Virus record (IMG/VR): IMGVR_UViG_3300032313_001035
Length of the DNA: 64,000 bases
Source of the DNA: a virus
Direction: 5' to 3' (one strand)
In this document: positions 10,713 through 20,809 of the stretch, piece by piece
Layout of the letters: each line of letters begins with the position of its first letter
Position numbering within the stretch: the stretch's first letter is position 1
The notes under the pieces: generated by a model
Database searches by the model: none
What the model was told of the DNA's origin: nothing
Seen by the model: only the letters and a program-made list of their open reading frames with translations
Program-made: the position numbers and the translations under genes

Positions 10713-11650
10713 GTAAAGACACTGAGACTAATAATTTGTGGGTTGAGAAATATCGACCAAAAGCATTGAAAGATTTGATGGTGGATAAATGGGTTTCCGA
10801 TACCATTGAAAATTTTGGTTTGGATATGCCCAATTTATTGCTGACTGGTTCTGCTGGATTGGGTAAGACATCCTTGGCTAAAATCATCGTAAATAATATT
10901 TTAAAGTGTGATCATTTGTATATCAACGCTTCAGATGAGAATGGTGTAGATACTATTCGTGAAAAAGTTATTGGATTCACACAAACCATGAGTTTCGACG
11001 GTAAACTCAAAGTGGTGATATTGGATGAAGCCGATTATTTGGGTAAAGCAGCACAAGCTATTTTGCGGAATGTTATGGAAACTTATTCCGCTAGCACCAG
11101 ATTTATATTGACTGGTAATTACAAACATAAAATTATACCTGCTTTACAATCAAGGTGTCAAAATATCATCCTACGAACGAGTTTGAAGGATGTTGTTCGT
11201 CGTTGTGTTGAAATATTGAAAAAGGAAAATATCCTGTTGCCAAAAGAACAACAGAAAAATTTCTTAAAATTGGTGGAATCCTATTTCCCAGATATCAGAA
11301 AATGTATCAACGAATTACAGAAATATTCTTCATCTGGTTCATTTCAGATGAAATCTGATGGTAGTAATAAAGAATTGATGGAGTTGATGCATCACAATCT
11401 CAATACAGGCAAAACATTGACTCTTCGAAAATATTTGATCGAGAATGACGAATTATTTGATTCTGATCATGAATCTTTATTACGAGACTTTTTAAACCAT
11501 CTATATGATTTAGAGATAGATGACATCATAAAAAAACAAGCTATCATAATTATTGCTGATAGCTTGTTTGAGATGATATCGGTCACAGACCGTGAGATAT
11601 GTTGTATAGCTTGTCTATTAAAATTAGAAGATATTTTTCAATCTAATTAA
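10709..11650 (+). CDS. sliding clamp loader subunit (gp44/RFC-like)
   Basis: LWVEKYRP, GSAGLGKT, INASDENG, ILDEAD, ALQSRC. Confidence 0.95.
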   Translation: MSKDTETNNLWVEKYRPKALKDLMVDKWVSDTIENFGLDMPNLLLTGSAGLGKTSLAKIIVNNILKCDHLYINASDENGVDTIREKVIGFTQTMSFDGKLKVVILDEADYLGKAAQAILRNVMETYSASTRFILTGNYKHKIIPALQSRCQNIILRTSLKDVVRRCVEILKKENILLPKEQQKNFLKLVESYFPDIRKCINELQKYSSSGSFQMKSDGSNKELMELMHHNLNTGKTLTLRKYLIENDELFDSDHESLLRDFLNHLYDLEIDDIIKKQAIIIIADSLFEMISVTDREICCIACLLKLEDIFQSN

Positions 11651-11661
11651 CAAAAGACTGA

Positions 11662-12333
11662 TTATTTTCTTTTGGTGGTAGTTTTAGAAGCAGTTTTAGG
11701 AGCAGATTTTGCTACTTTTTTAGCCGCTTTTTTAGCTGGTGTTTTCGGTGTGGATCTTGCAGCAGGAGTAGAGGTAGGTGCTGGTTTTGGAGCAGGACTA
11801 GGTGCTGGAGATGGAGTTGGAGCAGGACTAGGTGCTGGAGATGGAGTTGGAGCAGGACTAGGCGCTGGAGCAGGTGCTGGCGTAGGTGCAGGTGCGGGTG
11901 CTCCAGCTGCAACATATTTTAAATTGGTGAGTGCTCTGTTGACTTGAGTGCTCAACATTTCAAACGCTTTATTGATAAGCAATTTTTGATTGTCTGGAAT
12001 ATTAATATTTAATTTGGTTAAATCCGACATAACATCACTTTTAAAATCTTCAATTTTATTATTAACGCTGTTGAGATAAGAATCAATTTTAGCATTATCT
12101 CTTCTACCAAAGCCTGATTTGATATATTCTTTTGATTTATTATAAGATTCTCCGCTATCATCAAAACCGCTCTTCATACCGTAACCAATTCCTTTTGCGA
12201 GTTCTTTAGTTCCTTTTATCGCGCCTATGGCTTGCGCTCCTCTTGCTTTAACTCTATCGAACCAACTTTCGGTTAAAAGTTCATCCACCAAATTTGACAA
12301 GTTTTTTTGATCGTCGCTTGAATATTTTCTCAT
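11662..12333 (-). CDS. hypothetical protein with Pro/Ala/Thr repeat and Lys/Ala-rich tail
   Basis: minus-strand TAAATA at 12339-12344; LLTE motif; PAPSPAPT repeats; histone-like KKAAKK tail. Confidence 0.7.
   Translation of the reverse strand: MRKYSSDDQKNLSNLVDELLTESWFDRVKARGAQAIGAIKGTKELAKGIGYGMKSGFDDSGESYNKSKEYIKSGFGRRDNAKIDSYLNSVNNKIEDFKSDVMSDLTKLNINIPDNQKLLINKAFEMLSTQVNRALTNLKYVAAGAPAPAPTPAPAPAPSPAPTPSPAPSPAPTPSPAPSPAPKPAPTSTPAARSTPKTPAKKAAKKVAKSAPKTASKTTTKRK
11788..11870. repeat. 30-bp coding tandem repeat (~2.8 copies)
   Basis: TGGAGCAGGACTAGGTGCTGGAGATGGAGT repeated with period 30. Confidence 0.9.
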
Positions 12334-12351
12334 GATATTATTTATTAAATT

Positions 12352-12597
12352 TTATTTATTTTTCCAATTTACTCTCTTGGAACTTTTTTTCTTATACATT
12401 TTACCTTTTATTTTTTTACATTCTGCTTTTGTCGCACGACATGCTGGATATGAACCTTTTGAGGTATCATTTCTTCCACATGGGCCACCTGTCTTACAAT
12501 TAATCCATCCTTTGAATTTTTTACCTTTTTTATCCACATGAGGGGCAAACCAATCACGTAAATTTTCCAGTAATTGCCTTTGTGACAGTTGTTCCAT
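12352..12597 (-). CDS. small basic Cys-rich phage protein
   Basis: LRDWF...WINCKTGGPCGR...YPACR motif, recurrent in large phages. Confidence 0.7.
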   Translation of the reverse strand: MEQLSQRQLLENLRDWFAPHVDKKGKKFKGWINCKTGGPCGRNDTSKGSYPACRATKAECKKIKGKMYKKKSSKRVNWKNK

Positions 12598-13385
12598 TAT
12601 TTTATTTTACCTTTGCGTTTGACACACTTTTGAACATATCCAGAAGCGTAAGCACTGGGCCAGACATCATATTTACTTTTTGCTTTTGATTGGCATTTTG
12701 AACGTAATGATTGCTCATCTTCTTCACCATCGTTATCTTCCTCTTCGTCGCCAAAGATTTTTTTGCCTATTTTTTCTTCCCAATCTTCTAATTTGCCGTT
12801 TTTATTTCTATCGGCTTTTTTAAAATCAAATTTTTCCATCAATATTTCATCGTAAATTGTAGCCAATTCACTGGTGCAGTCCCAAGACTTGGATTCTCCT
12901 GCTAATTTAAGATTTGTTGGAGTATTCTTACCATTACCTTTGTCTGTTACATTGGTGATGATATTGGGGTCTCTTTTCAATTGTTTGGGTTTGATAATAA
13001 CTTGATCTTTTCTTTTGAATTGGGATGGAACTGGAACACCGTTTGCATAGTCTGCCGAATCGATCATATCGGGACATACAGTGACTCTACCATAAGTTCT
13101 ACCACCACCATGATCCGCAGCGATTGTCAATACGACATCAGATGCTGTTTTATACACGTTTCCAGCGGATGCACCAGATAGTTTATCACCCACATTAATG
13201 ACTTTGATATTAAGACCACAAGTGGCTAAGTCATCTACTTCTTTTTTCAAAGTTGTTGGCATGTTTCTGTAAGTGTCTGTGTTTTTGTATCCTGTTCTGA
13301 ATACCACATATTCACCTGGCAAGTAGCCGCCAACTTCGCCTCTACTTACAACACTTTCATAAATTGCATCAAATTTCTGTCCCAT
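12597..13385 (-). CDS. hypothetical protein (probable head-internal) with C-terminal WPSAYASG domain
   Basis: start MGQKFDAIYE at 13385 after minus-strand TAAATA; CQSKAKSKYDVWPSAYASGYVQKC. Confidence 0.7.
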   Translation of the reverse strand: MGQKFDAIYESVVSRGEVGGYLPGEYVVFRTGYKNTDTYRNMPTTLKKEVDDLATCGLNIKVINVGDKLSGASAGNVYKTASDVVLTIAADHGGGRTYGRVTVCPDMIDSADYANGVPVPSQFKRKDQVIIKPKQLKRDPNIITNVTDKGNGKNTPTNLKLAGESKSWDCTSELATIYDEILMEKFDFKKADRNKNGKLEDWEEKIGKKIFGDEEEDNDGEEDEQSLRSKCQSKAKSKYDVWPSAYASGYVQKCVKRKGKIK

Positions 13386-13420
13386 GATATTATTTATCAA
13401 AATAGCTAAATAATAATATG
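13385..13420. promoter_or_regulatory. back-to-back late promoters (TAAATA on both strands)
   Basis: TATTTA at 13391-13396 and TAAATA at 13407-13412, each 5 nt from a divergent ATG. Confidence 0.7.
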
Positions 13421-15598
13421 AAATTCGATAAATTGTATGAATTAGCATTAGAAGCAGCGAAAAATTTTGGAAGTCCAAAAAATATCGGCGGCGGTAGACT
13501 ACAAGGTGTTAAACAATCCACTGCACCATCGGGATTTGTATCTAGTTCCGTAGGTAAGTCTGATAATTTTCAAGAAAGAGTGCCAATTGATCAAAAAAAT
13601 AAAAAAGGTTACGATCCACGTGCATCGACTAAACAGAAAAGACAAGGTATCGAAGTCACTGATGATATTACTGGCGAAACTATTGCTCGTAAAAAAACTG
13701 ATTTTGAAAAAGGAAGCGTATTTGCTTTAGAAGGTCAAAAGAGTCAAGCTCTCTTCAATGCATTCGCATTGCTGCACAATTATTCAGGATTCCAAGCGGA
13801 AATGAATGAGATTATTAATGATCTCAGTAATGCTCAAACAATCAATCAAAAAGACGAAAAAGATTTAAAAAATCTTCGATTCAACATTACTCAGAAGCAA
13901 GGTAAAGCAGAAATGCTGAGAGATAAAATTGCAACATATCAAAAAGTTATTGATAGTTATAACGAACCAGAAGAGGTGAAAGTAAAAACTTCTGAAGATC
14001 TGGCAGATTTTGAATCGTTATATGATACCAATTTTAAAAATCTTAAAAAAATCAAGGGTGGATCAAAATTGGTAAATTTCCTCAATACGTTGGAAAATTT
14101 AAAAATGCAGAAGTTATCTATTTTGAAAAACTTCACATCGAAGACATCACAATATGAAGTAGAAAAAGTTACTGCTAATATCAATCGGTTGGAAAATGAT
14201 ATAAATGAATATCTAGCTTCAAATCCGCAATATAAAAATTATTATGATAAATTTATATCATATTCTGATCAGATAGAAGAACTGTCTGTAAAACATGCAC
14301 ATCATAAATTAAAACCCAGTGATATATATGGCGTAGAAAATAAAAGTTATGGTATTCAAAATATTCTAGACAAGAGTATTGAAAAATTGAAACAATTGGA
14401 AGGTGATCCAGACAGCGAAGATGAAGATGAAGTCAAAGGTTCTATACAAAAAGATAAAGATGCTTTAGCTGCGCTTGAGCGATATACTTCTCGCGTCACT
14501 GCCTTCAACGAAAAATTGAATGATAAATGCGTTGAAAAATTTAAAAATTTAGTAGTTGATAGTGCTAAAAATATTTTAAAATCTAAATTTGAAAATGCAG
14601 ACATTGCTATTGTAGATAACAATGAAATTGATTGGACATCTACCTTACCTACCAGAGAAGACATGTATAATATATTGGTTAAGTTGTCGATGAATGATAA
14701 CAACAATCCAATTTTTAGATTTGTTGATTCTATCGATAATTGGTATTACGATCAAAGAACTGATACCGAAACCAGAGGCGCAATGCGTTATGATATCAAC
14801 AGAGCTATGAGTGATAATGAAAATATCACCGTAATGAGAGATAAAGAAAGTTTACCGTTTTTTAGAATAGTTAATTATTACAAAGCAGTCAAAATCGGCA
14901 CTATGCCTATTAGTGATGCTATTATGAATGATAATTTTAGAAAAGCTTATCGCCTTTTCTATACTATTTGTAATGTTGATGGTGATCAGTCGGCAAGATG
15001 GAATAATGGTGCTATTAAATTAAAACTCAAAACGTTGCTGAGTATTGATAGTGGATTAAATGTTGATACTAAATCCGCTTTGAGCATGGGAGAAGCTATC
15101 AAAGATCATCGACGTATTGCGTATGAAAAATATATCGATAGTCCATATGATAAAAGAGGTATCGGTTCGTTTAAAAAGTTGTTATCTATGGTTGATGCGG
15201 ATCTAAGATCTGATTATCCAAGACAATTCCAAGCCATGCGTCCTAAAATTATTGGGAAGACTGTTACTGAATCGTTCGATCAAGCTGCGAACAAAATCGC
15301 ATCATCCCTTATTGATTTTGACGTAAATGATTTTGTAATTGATTTACAAGAAGTTAAAACTCTATTGGAAAAGAAATGCACGGGACCAACCAAAAAGGCA
15401 TCTAGCGACCGTAAAGGCAAAAAATGGACTAAATGTGCAAGACAACCAGACGGATCGTATAAACGCATACATTGGGGTCAAGCAGGTGTTAGAGTTGGCA
15501 AGAACAATCCTAAACGGAGAAAGAGTTTCCGCGCAAGACACAAGTGTTCAAGTGCTAAAGCAGGTACACCCAAAGCAGCCGCTTGTAATGATTGGTGA
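13418..15598 (+). CDS. large coiled-coil protein with C-terminal DUF6321-like basic domain
   Basis: C-terminal KRIHWGQAG...NPKRRKSFRARHKC...AACNDW; N-terminal MKFDKLYELALE. Confidence 0.7.
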   Translation: MKFDKLYELALEAAKNFGSPKNIGGGRLQGVKQSTAPSGFVSSSVGKSDNFQERVPIDQKNKKGYDPRASTKQKRQGIEVTDDITGETIARKKTDFEKGSVFALEGQKSQALFNAFALLHNYSGFQAEMNEIINDLSNAQTINQKDEKDLKNLRFNITQKQGKAEMLRDKIATYQKVIDSYNEPEEVKVKTSEDLADFESLYDTNFKNLKKIKGGSKLVNFLNTLENLKMQKLSILKNFTSKTSQYEVEKVTANINRLENDINEYLASNPQYKNYYDKFISYSDQIEELSVKHAHHKLKPSDIYGVENKSYGIQNILDKSIEKLKQLEGDPDSEDEDEVKGSIQKDKDALAALERYTSRVTAFNEKLNDKCVEKFKNLVVDSAKNILKSKFENADIAIVDNNEIDWTSTLPTREDMYNILVKLSMNDNNNPIFRFVDSIDNWYYDQRTDTETRGAMRYDINRAMSDNENITVMRDKESLPFFRIVNYYKAVKIGTMPISDAIMNDNFRKAYRLFYTICNVDGDQSARWNNGAIKLKLKTLLSIDSGLNVDTKSALSMGEAIKDHRRIAYEKYIDSPYDKRGIGSFKKLLSMVDADLRSDYPRQFQAMRPKIIGKTVTESFDQAANKIASSLIDFDVNDFVIDLQEVKTLLEKKCTGPTKKASSDRKGKKWTKCARQPDGSYKRIHWGQAGVRVGKNNPKRRKSFRARHKCSSAKAGTPKAAACNDW

Positions 15599-16128
15599 TA
15601 TTTAAAAATATTCTCATGAATTATATATCAGAAGAAACTGCCGCGAAAGCTGTCATCAAGAAAGGTGAAGAAATAGCCAAGCAAGGCGAGTTTCTCAACT
15701 GCGAGTTTTTCTGCAACAAGATGATTGGGGGTAAAGGTTTCAAAGAAGAATTTTCAAAAATAGACTCCGATATTACGACCGTCAGTCAGGCTGCTTCCAT
15801 TCTAAAGGCAGGAGACGTATTGGCTTTCGGAGGCGGTGAAGATACTCCTCCGAGACATTATGCGGTGTATGTTGGCGGAAATTCTGTTTATGAAGTAGAT
15901 CAATGGGGCTCAAGACCCCGTGAATTCTCACTTTCCGAAAACCTCAATGAGTATGGAGTCATCAGTGCAGTCTATCGGAGTCGTGGTACCCAATACCAAG
16001 TAGATACGGAGTATGCTTCAGAAGCCCCAAGAACAACAATCAAAGAAAACACCAACCGTATTCTCACAAACTTCAATCAATTGTTCGAGAGAGTGATTTG
16101 GTTGAATGATGATTTATCCATTAAATAA
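15588..16128 (+). CDS. NlpC/P60-like cysteine hydrolase (start uncertain, about 15592-15616)
   Basis: NCEFFC...LKAGDVLAF...RHYAVYVG..VYE gives a Cys-His-Glu arrangement. Confidence 0.55.
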
Positions 16129-16132
16129 TTAA

Positions 16133-18031
16133 GTGGATACTAATCAAATATTAATAGAATTACTTGGACATCTTAAAAAAGCTGACGAAGCGAGAGGTGT
16201 CCAAGCCGAATCTTTATCTGATAAAAATATCACCAATAACAAACCCGATAATTCAGGAGTGGAATCATCACAGGGTAAAAGAAAATTAGGTACTATTGCT
16301 GAGATTTTCGCTGAAAAATTTTTTCAAGTTCAAAAAAAATATACAAAAGACACTGCACTCAAAACATCAGTACAAAAAATAACACCTAAAGCAATTTCAG
16401 AGAAAAAAACACAATTTGGCGAAAATCTTGGATTAAAAAAAGATAAAAAACCAGGGTTTTTCACAAGTACAATTCCAACGTTATTCGGTAGTTTATTCAG
16501 TGGCGGTTTTTTGAAAACAAAATTGAAAATACTGATAAAAGTATTAAATAAAATACTAAACACCACAATTTCTAAATTTTTTAAAGTCATCACTGGGATT
16601 TTTGGCAAAGGTTTTACGGATAGCCTAAAAACTATGAAAAAAACAGGATTGGCTAAAATAAGTAATATATTTAAAGGTGGTAGCCTTATGGCAAGAATGG
16701 TAAATTTTTTAAAACCTGCTGTTGGATTTTTAAAAAAATTGCCTCTAATAGGTAGTATCATATCAATAGGATTTGCTATTTCTAGATTCATGAAAGGTGA
16801 TATAGTGGGTGGTGTTATCGATACATTGAGTGCATTAAGTGCATTGTTATACCCTGTAGCTCCTCCTGTTGCTATAGGATTGTCTATTGGTTTAGATGTG
16901 CTTAATGCTGTATTAGACTCTAAACAAGCTTCTCCTGAAAATGCTGGTAAAGGAAAAGGCGCTATATTATTGGATATGACCAAATCTTTAGGCAACTGGT
17001 TATGGAAACATGCTTACCATATACCTTTTTTAGGTGGTATTAAAAGATTTATAGATGCCAAAGAATCATTTGATTCTGGAGATTACCTAAACGGTTTTTT
17101 AAAATTAGGAATGGGTCTTATAGCATTGACAGGATTCGCTCCTATTGCTACGGGAATTGAGATGGTTATGGGACTATTTAGTGGTAAATCTGATGAAAAT
17201 AAAGATTTAAAACCAAATAAGAATTGGATGTCTTCTATTAGAGAGTGGATAATTAAACGAATGGATGATTTACCGTGGTATATGAGACAACCATTAGAAT
17301 GGTTTGGTATTTTAGATAGTAAAAATGGTTCTAATATACCAAATGCACCTAAAACAGAAACCAGTGGTATGACACAAATGATTAATAATTTCCAAGACAC
17401 CATGATCAATGGTGCATCTGTTTTTGCTAATGATATAAATAATATTTTCGGAAATATTTTCAAAAAAAATGAAAGTTCATTACAGAATATTGCTAATACT
17501 GTGGATCAAGGATTTAATCCTGATAAAACAACAAATATTATTTCAGATATTAACAAAGGTATATCAAGTATATTCGATCAAATATTGAATGGTGTAAATG
17601 CAATTAATTCTTATACCGCGAAAAACGAAAATAATATTTTAAAAGAAATATCGAATAATATTTCATCATCAGAACAAATCAAATTGAAAGCATTTGATGG
17701 TAATACAGAATTGAATGTTGGTAAAAACACACCGCGAATAGCGATGGATAATAAAAATGTCATGGTGAATATTCGCACGAATGATGATAATAGCGGATTG
17801 GCAGAGGTCACTGATATTAACAATGATCAATTGAAAGTATTACAAGATTTGCGTAATATAAGTATTCAAACCTTGAAAGTATTGGCAAAAAATAACGAAC
17901 AAAGCACTCCCATACCACCAATAACACCTACTGGTTATAAATCTTCTAATACTATAAGTGATGGTGGAAAACAACATAGTATGAGAGTGAATCGTGGAGA
18001 TTATGGATCATCGCCATATGCATTAGCTTAA
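16133..18031 (+). CDS. tape measure / baseplate hub-like protein (gp29-like)
   Basis: LKKLPLIGSIISIGFA...GDIVGG hydrophobic helical repeats; sits before baseplate genes; TAAATA at 16122. Confidence 0.6.
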   Translation: MDTNQILIELLGHLKKADEARGVQAESLSDKNITNNKPDNSGVESSQGKRKLGTIAEIFAEKFFQVQKKYTKDTALKTSVQKITPKAISEKKTQFGENLGLKKDKKPGFFTSTIPTLFGSLFSGGFLKTKLKILIKVLNKILNTTISKFFKVITGIFGKGFTDSLKTMKKTGLAKISNIFKGGSLMARMVNFLKPAVGFLKKLPLIGSIISIGFAISRFMKGDIVGGVIDTLSALSALLYPVAPPVAIGLSIGLDVLNAVLDSKQASPENAGKGKGAILLDMTKSLGNWLWKHAYHIPFLGGIKRFIDAKESFDSGDYLNGFLKLGMGLIALTGFAPIATGIEMVMGLFSGKSDENKDLKPNKNWMSSIREWIIKRMDDLPWYMRQPLEWFGILDSKNGSNIPNAPKTETSGMTQMINNFQDTMINGASVFANDINNIFGNIFKKNESSLQNIANTVDQGFNPDKTTNIISDINKGISSIFDQILNGVNAINSYTAKNENNILKEISNNISSSEQIKLKAFDGNTELNVGKNTPRIAMDNKNVMVNIRTNDDNSGLAEVTDINNDQLKVLQDLRNISIQTLKVLAKNNEQSTPIPPITPTGYKSSNTISDGGKQHSMRVNRGDYGSSPYALA

Positions 18032-18045
18032 GTTAAATAATTTTA

Positions 18046-19044
18046 ATGAGTAATATTGTCAATATACACACCGACTACGATTGGACTGCTATACCTAGAA
18101 ACAGTCCTTATCGAGCAGACGCGCCACATATCAAAGTTATATCTTATAAAGTAACTTCTAGTGCTGCTTTGAATAGACTACGTAGTTATTTGTCATTACT
18201 CGACACCGATGTTAATGGATTTTATGAAAATTTGTATAAAAATGTAGAGCAAGCGAAAACATATTTCATACCTTATTTTGGAGATAATGTTCGTTCTTTT
18301 TCAAATGAATTCGGTGATACCTTTCAAAACTCGGTTTTGGGTAATGTTGATAGTATGATCAATAAACTAGCAGAAGAAACTGCTATTTTTTCTGAAGCCA
18401 AGGTTGCTGAAAATGTGAAAAAACTTGGGACGAGTGCTTATAATATGGGAAAAAACGCTTTGGGCGGTAGCTTTTCAGGATCTTTTAAAGATTTAACCAA
18501 AGGTATGAGCACTGCGCCAGGATCATACATTGAAACTCCTAAAATGTATGTATATGCTCAGAACGATAGTTCTTTGGATGTTAGTTTTCCTCTTTATAAT
18601 ACTATAAACCCAGATGCATGGGAAAATAATTATAACTTGATAGATGAATTGGTTACTATCAATAGACCAAAAAGAATAACCCCTATTACTATGGAACAAC
18701 CTTATTTATACGAAATTGTATTACCAGGTATTAGGTATATGAGATGGGCTTTTTGTAGTTCTTTATCTGTTAGTTTACTTGGTTCTAGGAGAATCATAGA
18801 CTCCAAAATAATACCAGATGGATATCAAGTAAATATGTCGTTTGTTTCACTCACAACGGAAGTCAGCAACTTCATGGAGAAAAGCAGAGGTGCCTCGACA
18901 ATATCTGGGGGGAGAGCGAATATTATCCCATCTGCGCCTTCTACCCCACCATTGCCTAATTCAACATCACCTACCCCAACATCACCTACCCCAACATCAC
19001 CTACTCCTCGAACATCTCCCACGCCAATATCCCCACTAGCATAA
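18046..19044 (+). CDS. baseplate tail-tube cap/initiator-like protein with Pro/Thr/Ser tail
   Basis: YIETPKMY, VSFPLYNT, PYLYEIVLPG; upstream of gp53-like gene. Confidence 0.5.
   Translation: MSNIVNIHTDYDWTAIPRNSPYRADAPHIKVISYKVTSSAALNRLRSYLSLLDTDVNGFYENLYKNVEQAKTYFIPYFGDNVRSFSNEFGDTFQNSVLGNVDSMINKLAEETAIFSEAKVAENVKKLGTSAYNMGKNALGGSFSGSFKDLTKGMSTAPGSYIETPKMYVYAQNDSSLDVSFPLYNTINPDAWENNYNLIDELVTINRPKRITPITMEQPYLYEIVLPGIRYMRWAFCSSLSVSLLGSRRIIDSKIIPDGYQVNMSFVSLTTEVSNFMEKSRGASTISGGRANIIPSAPSTPPLPNSTSPTPTSPTPTSPTPRTSPTPISPLA
18962..19004. repeat. 15-bp coding tandem repeat (TSPTP x3)
   Basis: CAACATCACCTACCC repeated three times. Confidence 0.85.
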
Positions 19045-19045
19045 T

Positions 19046-19444
19046 ATGGAACAACAAGGATTATACAGAAATCAAATCACCACATTACCAGTTTTAAAAA
19101 TTGGTGATTATGAGAGAATTTTTAAAGTTTATGGTGAAACTTTGGAAGACAAAGAGTTTTATTATTATAACATTCTTTCTAAAATTGATTTATCAGATAT
19201 AGATTCTGAATTTTTGGATTATTATGGTGTTAAATCCAAATCACCAATGACTATAATATCATATAATATATATGGTGATATGAATTTATGGTGGTTGCTA
19301 TATCTGCTTAATAAAAATTTATTTGACGGTGCGCCATTTTGGATTAATGGTGGTGTTCAACTGAAATATTTAAAACCTGAATATTTACCATCTTTATATT
19401 ACGATATAACAAAAAATACTATTTTAGGAGGACGACATTTTTAA
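19046..19444 (+). CDS. baseplate wedge subunit (gp53-like, LysM-like)
   Basis: ISYNIYGDMNLWWLLYLLN motif. Confidence 0.8.
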   Translation: MEQQGLYRNQITTLPVLKIGDYERIFKVYGETLEDKEFYYYNILSKIDLSDIDSEFLDYYGVKSKSPMTIISYNIYGDMNLWWLLYLLNKNLFDGAPFWINGGVQLKYLKPEYLPSLYYDITKNTILGGRHF

Positions 19445-19447
19445 TAT

Positions 19448-20809
19448 ATGAGCAATATTATTAAAATAAATGACGTAACATATGAATACGAATATGTGTT
19501 CGTAAATCCAGATGGCGCTGAAAAACTTTTAACATCATCTGCTGTTAAAAATATAACAATAGTTGATAATATTTTTAATCCATTTATGCGTGGATCTGTA
19601 TCTGTCGCAAATCCTTTTGAGTTATTTGAAGATGGGTTTCGATTAAGAGGAGACGGAAGAGACGAATTTCGGATGATATTACGCGCCACATCCAGTAATA
19701 CTGATAACGGTTTTGCTCCTGCTGCCCTCGATACGGGTAATGACTTGATAGAGTTTTCGGAGTCTTTTATATTATTAAAAGAAGAAAACACTGGTGATTT
19801 GGATGTTAGATCAGAAAACATAAAATCTTTTAAAATTATTTTGAAAGATTATCTGCCGTTTATGGATACCATACCATATGGTAAAAAATATCAAGGTAAA
19901 ATAGGTGATATAATTAGAGAAATATTTATAGAATTATTAGGTCCAAATCGAGTAGATGCCGCAAATTGGGAAAGTGGTGATTTCGAAATAGAATATTTTC
20001 CACCTTCTTCTTTTAGATATGTGGATTTAATATATTATTTGTTGAAATTTTTCTATGGTAAAGATGATGATTTATACGTCAAGGCGATCATATTACGTGA
20101 TGACAAAACTAAAAGATACAGTATGCAATTTATATCTCGACTTTTCGTAACAAATTCTCAACATGTTATGGACGTATTTACATGTGGTGATCTTTTTGAT
20201 AAACGTATAACGGCTGAGAACTCGAACAATCCACCGCCTTCTAATAGCCTCATGACTTATAGTAACGGTATAAAAAACTTTGCATATGACACACCATTAT
20301 ATGAATGGAATAATGATTTTTTTATAAATTATATCGTGCATGGATATGATCCTAATTTAGGCGTTCATAGTATGCGTATTTTAAGATTAGAAGACGTTGA
20401 ACAAAAGTGGGTTTCAAAATTTGTAAATTTTTTTCCTGCATTAGGTGGAAAACCTAAACCATTTTTAGTAAAAAATAACAACACTGCTCGTAAGTTTAGA
20501 CAATACCGCACACCTTATACGATTGATGATAACGTAAAAATGGTGGAGTCTGAAATATATAATATTTTAACCTTTTACAATTTGAATTGTACATTCAGCA
20601 ATATAGGATATTTGACGAGAAATGCTGGTAAATTCGTGGATATTGTTAAAATTAGTGACATACAATTAGATAGTGATCAAAAAATGTTTGGTCGTTGGTT
20701 TGTCACACAGGTTAAACACGTATTCTCTAATGATAGTTACAGTAACTATTTTGAATGTTGTAAAACATATGTCGGTCCGCTTAATAATATTAACCAAAAT
20801 GTGAATTAA
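19448..20809 (+). CDS. baseplate hub protein (gp27-like)
   Basis: IVDNIFNPFMRGSV; C-terminal GRWFVTQVKHVF...Y...CCK. Confidence 0.65.
   Translation: MSNIIKINDVTYEYEYVFVNPDGAEKLLTSSAVKNITIVDNIFNPFMRGSVSVANPFELFEDGFRLRGDGRDEFRMILRATSSNTDNGFAPAALDTGNDLIEFSESFILLKEENTGDLDVRSENIKSFKIILKDYLPFMDTIPYGKKYQGKIGDIIREIFIELLGPNRVDAANWESGDFEIEYFPPSSFRYVDLIYYLLKFFYGKDDDLYVKAIILRDDKTKRYSMQFISRLFVTNSQHVMDVFTCGDLFDKRITAENSNNPPPSNSLMTYSNGIKNFAYDTPLYEWNNDFFINYIVHGYDPNLGVHSMRILRLEDVEQKWVSKFVNFFPALGGKPKPFLVKNNNTARKFRQYRTPYTIDDNVKMVESEIYNILTFYNLNCTFSNIGYLTRNAGKFVDIVKISDIQLDSDQKMFGRWFVTQVKHVFSNDSYSNYFECCKTYVGPLNNINQNVN

Noticed and set aside
11672-11947. Gly/Ala-rich + strand ORF and the many other antisense or alternate-frame ORFs in the track
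   Set aside because: They are shadows of real genes on the other strand or frame, with no independent motifs or promoters.
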